A stretch of DNA of 35,428 bases from an uncultured Gammaproteobacteria bacterium (GTDB taxonomy: Bacteria > Patescibacteriota > Patescibacteriia > UBA2591 > CAZVCF01), in NCBI GenBank assembly GCA_964626355.1, contig CAZVCF010000002.1, forward strand, positions 7,184 to 42,611. The letters run 5' to 3'. The translations under genes and the position numbers were made by a program. Of this stretch, positions 31,004 through 35,428 are shown one piece after another (within the stretch, counting starts at the first letter, position 1; every line of letters begins with the position of its first letter). The notes beneath the pieces are model-generated. The model was not told the DNA's origin, made no database searches, and saw only the letters and a list, made by a program, of their open reading frames with translations.

Positions 31004-32500
31004 CTACGAAGATAACTTTTTGTGAATAATCTCCCGTATTGTATTCGCGTCATATCGCCCTTTTGTTTTTTTCATTGTTTGGCCGATTAGAAATAAGAGC
31101 ACATTCGTTTTGCCAAGGCGATATTGTTCAATCGCTTGATGATTTTCCGACAAAACCGCGTCAATCTCTTTCTCTAATTCTTTCTCGTTTCCTTTTGCTG
31201 ACATATCAAACTCTCGCACCGCGACATCCGGATCGCAACCGCTTTGAAACATTTTTTCCAATACTTTTTGCGCTTGCGTCGCGTTTAATTTATTTTCGTA
31301 TAAAAGAATAATAAATTCGGCAAAATTTTCCGGACTTATTTTAAGCAATTCCGCTTCATCGCTTCTTAACAGCGCGAGAAGACGATGAATAAGCCAATTA
31401 GCGACCAACTTCACTAATCGCGTTTTATTATGCGCCCAAATTTCTTTTTCGCTTCCTTCAACGGTTTCTAAACTCACCAGCCATGCTTTCAATTCTGAAA
31501 TAACTTTCTCCGCGTAATCAGCCAAATCCTTGTCGCCGACTAAAACACCGGCGTCATACGGATCGAATGAATACATTTCCATAAACCGCATACGACGCTC
31601 TTCCGGCAATTCAACCGCGCTAACGATGCGCTGGTTTTCTTTGATAAATTTTTCGAGATTAAGCGGCGGCAAATCTGGTTCGGGAAAATAACGATAGTCT
31701 CCCTCTGTTTCTTTAGAACGACGCCGTATCGTTTCTTTTTTTTGTTCATCGTAACCGCGCGTCTCCTGATCGCGCGGCGGTTTTTTTTCGTTCCACAAAT
31801 CAGCCTGTCGTTTCACTTCATACGAAAGCGCGTCTTCAACAATTTTGAATGAATTGAGATTTTTAATTTCTGTTTTTGGATAGAGCGTTTCGTCGCCCAA
31901 TGGACGAAGCGATATATTCGCGTCGCATCGCATTTCGCCACGCTCCATATTCGCGTCTGAAATATCAAGGTAACGAGCTATCAGCCGCAATTCCTGCAAA
32001 AATAATTTTGCTTCCTTCGGCGATCGAATATCAGGCATCGTGACAATTTCAACTAACGGCGCTCCGGAACGATTAAAATCAATCAGCGTCCACAGAGTAT
32101 CTTTTGTGTGCGTATCTTTTGCCGCGTCTTCTTCAAGATGAATGCGTCGTAATCGTATTGTCCTCGGTTGCCCGTCAACGCGCACGGCCAGCAACCCTCC
32201 CTCGATAATCGGCAATTCGTATTGGCTGATCTGATACCCTTTCGGCAAGTCCGGATAAAAATAATTCTTGCGGCTAAATTCGGCGCGCGGATTAATTTTT
32301 CCCTTCAGCGCGCTTCCCAATCGCAACCCTAATTCCAGCGCTTTTTTATTTAAAACCGGCAATACGCCCGGATGCCCGATACAAATCGGGCACACATTAG
32401 TATTCGGTTGCGCGAGCGATTCGTTCACGCACGAACAAAACATTTTCGTTTTTGTCTTCAATTGAAGATGGATTTCAAGACCGATGATAATTTCGAGCAT
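31004..32500 (-). CDS. gatB: Asp-tRNA(Asn)/Glu-tRNA(Gln) amidotransferase subunit B
   Basis: MLEIIIGLEIHLQLKTKTKMFCSC..., ..PICIGHPGVLPVLN.., ..RKNYFYPDLPKGYQISQ.., ..RCDANISLR... The track ORF begins at TTG 32521; ATG 32500 is preferred. Confidence 0.9.
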   Translation of the reverse strand: MLEIIIGLEIHLQLKTKTKMFCSCVNESLAQPNTNVCPICIGHPGVLPVLNKKALELGLRLGSALKGKINPRAEFSRKNYFYPDLPKGYQISQYELPIIEGGLLAVRVDGQPRTIRLRRIHLEEDAAKDTHTKDTLWTLIDFNRSGAPLVEIVTMPDIRSPKEAKLFLQELRLIARYLDISDANMERGEMRCDANISLRPLGDETLYPKTEIKNLNSFKIVEDALSYEVKRQADLWNEKKPPRDQETRGYDEQKKETIRRRSKETEGDYRYFPEPDLPPLNLEKFIKENQRIVSAVELPEERRMRFMEMYSFDPYDAGVLVGDKDLADYAEKVISELKAWLVSLETVEGSEKEIWAHNKTRLVKLVANWLIHRLLALLRSDEAELLKISPENFAEFIILLYENKLNATQAQKVLEKMFQSGCDPDVAVREFDMSAKGNEKELEKEIDAVLSENHQAIEQYRLGKTNVLLFLIGQTMKKTKGRYDANTIREIIHKKLSS

Positions 32501-32518
32501 AAATGAATAACTATAAAT

Positions 32519-32556
32519 CAAAATGGAAAAATCAAAATGGAAAATGACAAATCAAA
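32519..32556 (+). repeat. Family A arm (left member of a gene-less inverted pair)
   Basis: CAAAATGGAAAAATCAAAATGGAAAATGACAAATCAAA. Confidence 0.7.
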
Positions 32557-32595
32557 ATTCAAAAATATCAAAAGCAATATAAGAAATAATTTTAT

Positions 32596-32641
32596 ATTTT
32601 ACATTGTCATTTTTCATTTTGATTTTTTAATTTTACATTTT
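32596..32641 (-). repeat. Family A arm (right member of a gene-less inverted pair)
   Basis: ATTTTACATTGTCATTTTTCATTTTGATTTTTTAATTTTACATTTT. Ends 2 nt before the TGA stop of the sugar transferase. Confidence 0.7.
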
Positions 32642-32643
32642 AT

Positions 32644-34011
32644 TCACTTTCCCCTAAACACCGCTCCTACTGTCTTCAATAGAATCCATATATCCAAAAA
32701 AATCGTCCAGTGTTCAAGGTAATACATATCAAGACGTGCTTCATCTTCAAAAGAAAGTTCGCTTCGTCCGCTTATTTGCGCGAGCCCGGTAATGCCTGGT
32801 TTAACGCGCAATAACGCCTGATGACGCAAACCGTATTGCAGAACTTCTTGCGGTTCGTGCGGACGCGGTCCCACCACGCTCATTTCTCCTTTAAGCACAT
32901 TCCATAATTGCGGCAATTCATCAATACTCAATCGTCGTATGATTGCGCCGACGCGCGTGACGCGCGGATCATCTTTCATCTTAAAAAGCGGTCCATCGCC
33001 TCTTTCATTATACTGTTTCAACTGTTCCTTTAAAAGATGCGCGTCCTTCACCATTGAACGAAATTTGTAGATATAAAATTTGCGCGCGCGTTCGCCTACA
33101 CGCAACAATCTGACAAAAATAGGTCCAGAGGAATCAAGCGTTATCGCGATCGGAACGAGTATAAAAAACGGTAGCGAGAGGATAAGAAAAAAAATTACGC
33201 CGACGACATCTGCAACGCGTTTTTCAATCCGCTTCCATGCGGTTTCAAGCGGCGTTTTCATAACTTCAATGAACGGATATCCTCCCATCATTATAACGCG
33301 GCTATTTGACGCAAGAGAGCTGAAGGTGTCAGCGACATATTGCATAATCAGTTGCCGCTGTTCGCATACTTCATGTAATTTCAAAATATCAGTATGCAAC
33401 CAATCTCTATCGCATAACACGACCGCGTCAAACAAAAACCATTCGCGAGAATCGTTCTTCAATTCTTCAAGTGAATAATAGCGCGCGGAAATTTCATATC
33501 CTAAAAAAGGATTTACGCGAATATACTGCTCGATTTTTTGAGCTTCTTCCGAGTGTCCAATTAACAACAATCGTTCCCGTAATTTTCCTTTCTTAAAAGT
33601 GCGTCTCTGCGCGTAGAAAATAATAATTCGTCCGATCATAACGATAAACGGAGTCAGAAACCACGCGGCAAGAATAATAAACCGCGAATTGAATAATTCG
33701 CGATTAAAAAAAATGTACAGCACTAAAAACATCGCGCCGAAGGTGATTGCTGAAAAAATAGTAAAAAATTCTCCGATAAGATTTCTTTTCTCTCGCGCGT
33801 ACAATCCGGACACAACGAGCAGAATGAGCCATACGAACGCGACAACAAGCGTCAAAACAAAATATCTCTGAAACGGTATTTCAAAAATCGCCGGACGAAA
33901 TTGCGTCATCACATTGAATCGCGCGTAATAAATAAGAATGCCCGATACAACGAGCATTATATAATCAACCGGCAGTAAGAGAGCAGTAAAAATAATACGA
34001 CCACGTTTCAT
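32644..34011 (-). CDS. Polyprenyl-phosphate sugar phosphotransferase (WbaP/exopolysaccharide priming transferase family)
   Basis: 455-aa ORF with N-terminal TM helices and the C-terminal catalytic block ..FRSMVKDA.., ..DPRVTRVGAIIRRLSIDELPQLWNVLKGEMSVVGPRPH.., ..PGITGLAQISGR. Confidence 0.85.
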   Translation of the reverse strand: MKRGRIIFTALLLPVDYIMLVVSGILIYYARFNVMTQFRPAIFEIPFQRYFVLTLVVAFVWLILLVVSGLYAREKRNLIGEFFTIFSAITFGAMFLVLYIFFNRELFNSRFIILAAWFLTPFIVMIGRIIIFYAQRRTFKKGKLRERLLLIGHSEEAQKIEQYIRVNPFLGYEISARYYSLEELKNDSREWFLFDAVVLCDRDWLHTDILKLHEVCEQRQLIMQYVADTFSSLASNSRVIMMGGYPFIEVMKTPLETAWKRIEKRVADVVGVIFFLILSLPFFILVPIAITLDSSGPIFVRLLRVGERARKFYIYKFRSMVKDAHLLKEQLKQYNERGDGPLFKMKDDPRVTRVGAIIRRLSIDELPQLWNVLKGEMSVVGPRPHEPQEVLQYGLRHQALLRVKPGITGLAQISGRSELSFEDEARLDMYYLEHWTIFLDIWILLKTVGAVFRGK

Positions 34012-34028
34012 AGGATTAGGAAATTAGA
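34012..34028 (+). repeat. Short Family B unit abutting the sugar-transferase start codon
   Basis: AGGATTAGGAAATTAGA. Confidence 0.5.
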
Positions 34029-34035
34029 AAAAAAT

Positions 34036-34078
34036 TTAAAAATCAAAATGTAAAAATCAAAATGACAATTTAAAATTT
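34036..34078 (+). repeat. Family A arm (left member of a gene-less inverted pair)
   Basis: TTAAAAATCAAAATGTAAAAATCAAAATGACAATTTAAAATTT, followed by AAAATTTTTAATGAATTTTT that resembles the four-helix-bundle gene 5' codons. Confidence 0.7.
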
Positions 34079-34149
34079 AAAATTTTTAATGAATTTTTAA
34101 TAACTCAATTTTTAATTTTGAATTAAAATTTAGGTTTTTTAAATTTATT

Positions 34150-34200
34150 TTTACATTTTGCATTGTCATTTTGATTTTTGATATTTACATTTTACATTTT
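34150..34200 (-). repeat. Family A arm (right member), abutting the asnS stop
   Basis: rc reads AAAATGTAAAATGTAAATATCAAAAATCAAAATGACAATGCAAAATGTAAA. Its first 46 nt are identical to 10230..10275. Confidence 0.85.
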
Positions 34201-35428
34201 TACGGGTACATCCTCTTTAGCATCCTTGGAAACGGAATCGTTTCACGCACATGATGAAGCCCGCATATCCATGCGACAATGCGCTCAAGACCATAGCCAA
34301 ATCCTGAATGAGGAACGGTTCCGTATCGTCGCGTATCGATATACCATTGAAATTTATCAATCGGCACATTAAATTGTTTCATTTTTCTAAGTAATGCATC
34401 GAGGTTTTCTTCTCGTTGACTTCCGCCGATAATCTCCCCATATCCTTCCGGCGCCAATAAATCCGCATTCAGAACACGCGATGGGTCATCCGGATCATTT
34501 TTCATATAGAACGCTTTGATCGCTGAAGGATATCGTTCTATAAAAATTGGTTTATCGTATTTTTGCGTGAGTAGTGTCTCATCGTCAGCGCCCAAATCAT
34601 CTCCTTCTTTAATATCAGATCCTGACGCGTGCAATTCTTTGATCGCGTCATTATAGTCAATACGGTAAAAAGGCGCTTTTATTTTTTCGAGAGCCCCGAT
34701 CGCGCGCTCACACATCGCTAATTCTTTTCCGTTATCGCGCAAAACTTTTTGAACTATACAACTAACGAGCTGCTCTTGAATTTCTAAATTTTCTTTATAT
34801 TCAACAAATGCAGCTTCAGCGTCCATCATCCAAAATTCAATAAGATGACGGCGCGTTTTCGATTTTTCCGCGCGGAATACCGGGCCAAAATCAAACACCT
34901 TTCCAAATGCTGCGAGCGCTCCTTCCAAATATAACTGTCCTGATTGCGTTAAATACGCTTTTTCGCCAAAATAGTCTATTTCAAATAATTCAGTTGTTCC
35001 CTCGCAAAATGTCGGAGTTAAAATAGGCGCGTCCAATTTGATAAATCCGCGATCATTCAAAAATTCGTATGTCGCGTTGATAATCGTATTGCGAATCCGC
35101 TGAATCGCCCATTGCTTCGGCGAACGAAGCCATAGATGGCGATTATCCAAAAGAAAATCCGGTCCGTGCTCTTTTTTGCCAATCGGATATTCCTCCGCGC
35201 GCTGTATTAATTTTACCTCTTTAATTTGCACTTCGTATTCATCTCGCTTTGGATGTTTGGTGACTATGCCGGTTACCTCAACAGACGATTCAAGAGAGAT
35301 ACTTTGTATTGTCTCCCACTGTTCTGCGGAAAGCGCTTTTTGATCGGCAATCGCCTGAATAAATCCCGATCCGTCGCGTATTTCTAAAAAATAAATCTTC
35401 CCGCTCGAACGAAAATTGGCAACCCAGC
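34200..35428 (-). CDS. asnS: Asparagine--tRNA ligase (N-terminus runs off the window end)
   Basis: Class II motifs ..FRAEKSKTRRHLIEFWMMDAEAAF.., ..GGSQREENLDAL.., ..GFGYGLERIVAWICGLHHVRETIPFPR. The frame stays open upstream of the track ATG (35231) to the window edge, reading WVANFRSSGKIYFLEIRDGSGFIQAI... (OB-fold anticodon-binding domain). Confidence 0.9.
   Translation of the reverse strand, partial: WVANFRSSGKIYFLEIRDGSGFIQAIADQKALSAEQWETIQSISLESSVEVTGIVTKHPKRDEYEVQIKEVKLIQRAEEYPIGKKEHGPDFLLDNRHLWLRSPKQWAIQRIRNTIINATYEFLNDRGFIKLDAPILTPTFCEGTTELFEIDYFGEKAYLTQSGQLYLEGALAAFGKVFDFGPVFRAEKSKTRRHLIEFWMMDAEAAFVEYKENLEIQEQLVSCIVQKVLRDNGKELAMCERAIGALEKIKAPFYRIDYNDAIKELHASGSDIKEGDDLGADDETLLTQKYDKPIFIERYPSAIKAFYMKNDPDDPSRVLNADLLAPEGYGEIIGGSQREENLDALLRKMKQFNVPIDKFQWYIDTRRYGTVPHSGFGYGLERIVAWICGLHHVRETIPFPRMLKRMYP

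Noticed and set aside
1581-34200. The dispersed spacer repeats as a CRISPR array or arrays.
   Set aside because: Copies are scattered singly or as inverted pairs across many spacers. They are not regularly spaced direct repeats with unique spacers, and no cas genes are present.
1-35428. tRNA, rRNA or other standard RNA genes.
   Set aside because: Scanning the spacers by eye, I saw no T-loop/acceptor-like or rRNA-like segment. This is a weak negative; tRNAscan-SE and Infernal should be run.

Overview
AT-rich, gene-dense bacterial window, transcribed mostly from the minus strand. It looks like a Candidate Phyla Radiation/Patescibacteria-type genome. That placement is an inference from the reduced housekeeping set, two 23S-IVS-type four-helix-bundle genes, mostly Shine-Dalgarno-less starts and large charged hypothetical envelope proteins.

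Recognisable genes: recJ (partial), alr, an S41 C-terminal protease, a RelE-like TA pair, a 1174-aa membrane protein, a secreted Gly/Met-rich protein, a 2-Cys peroxiredoxin plus Fe/Mn-type SOD, an ATP-grasp ligase, a CPBP protease, lepA, GT2 and GT4 glycosyltransferases, secD/secF, hicB with a decayed hicA, gatB, a polyprenyl-phosphate sugar transferase and asnS (partial). There is also a three-gene beta-oxidation/butyryl-CoA-type operon: thiolase, 3-hydroxyacyl-CoA dehydrogenase, and a fused enoyl-CoA hydratase/acyl-CoA dehydrogenase. I recognised no rRNA, tRNA or CRISPR array.

The most unusual content is non-coding. Nearly every spacer is assembled from a few repeat modules that abut start and stop codons.
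- Family A (AAAATCAAAATGACAATGCAAAAT-type) forms ~45-bp inverted arms around both four-helix-bundle genes. It also occurs as gene-less inverted pairs and solo arms, including a 46-nt perfect match between loci 24 kb apart.
- Family B (GGAAATTAGGGAATTAGG-type) brackets the ATP-grasp gene exactly.
- A third class has co-varying inverted arms around a shared core.
- A 459-bp GC-richer nested palindrome (20405..20863) is the single best candidate for an undescribed structured RNA or foldback element.

Protein-level oddities: a circularly permuted parvulin PPIase domain inserted in SecD, a repeat-like in-frame insertion in the LepA G domain, an orphan UBC/E2-like protein, and an internally duplicated His/Glu-motif protein.

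All homology calls come from motif recognition by eye. No database search was run.
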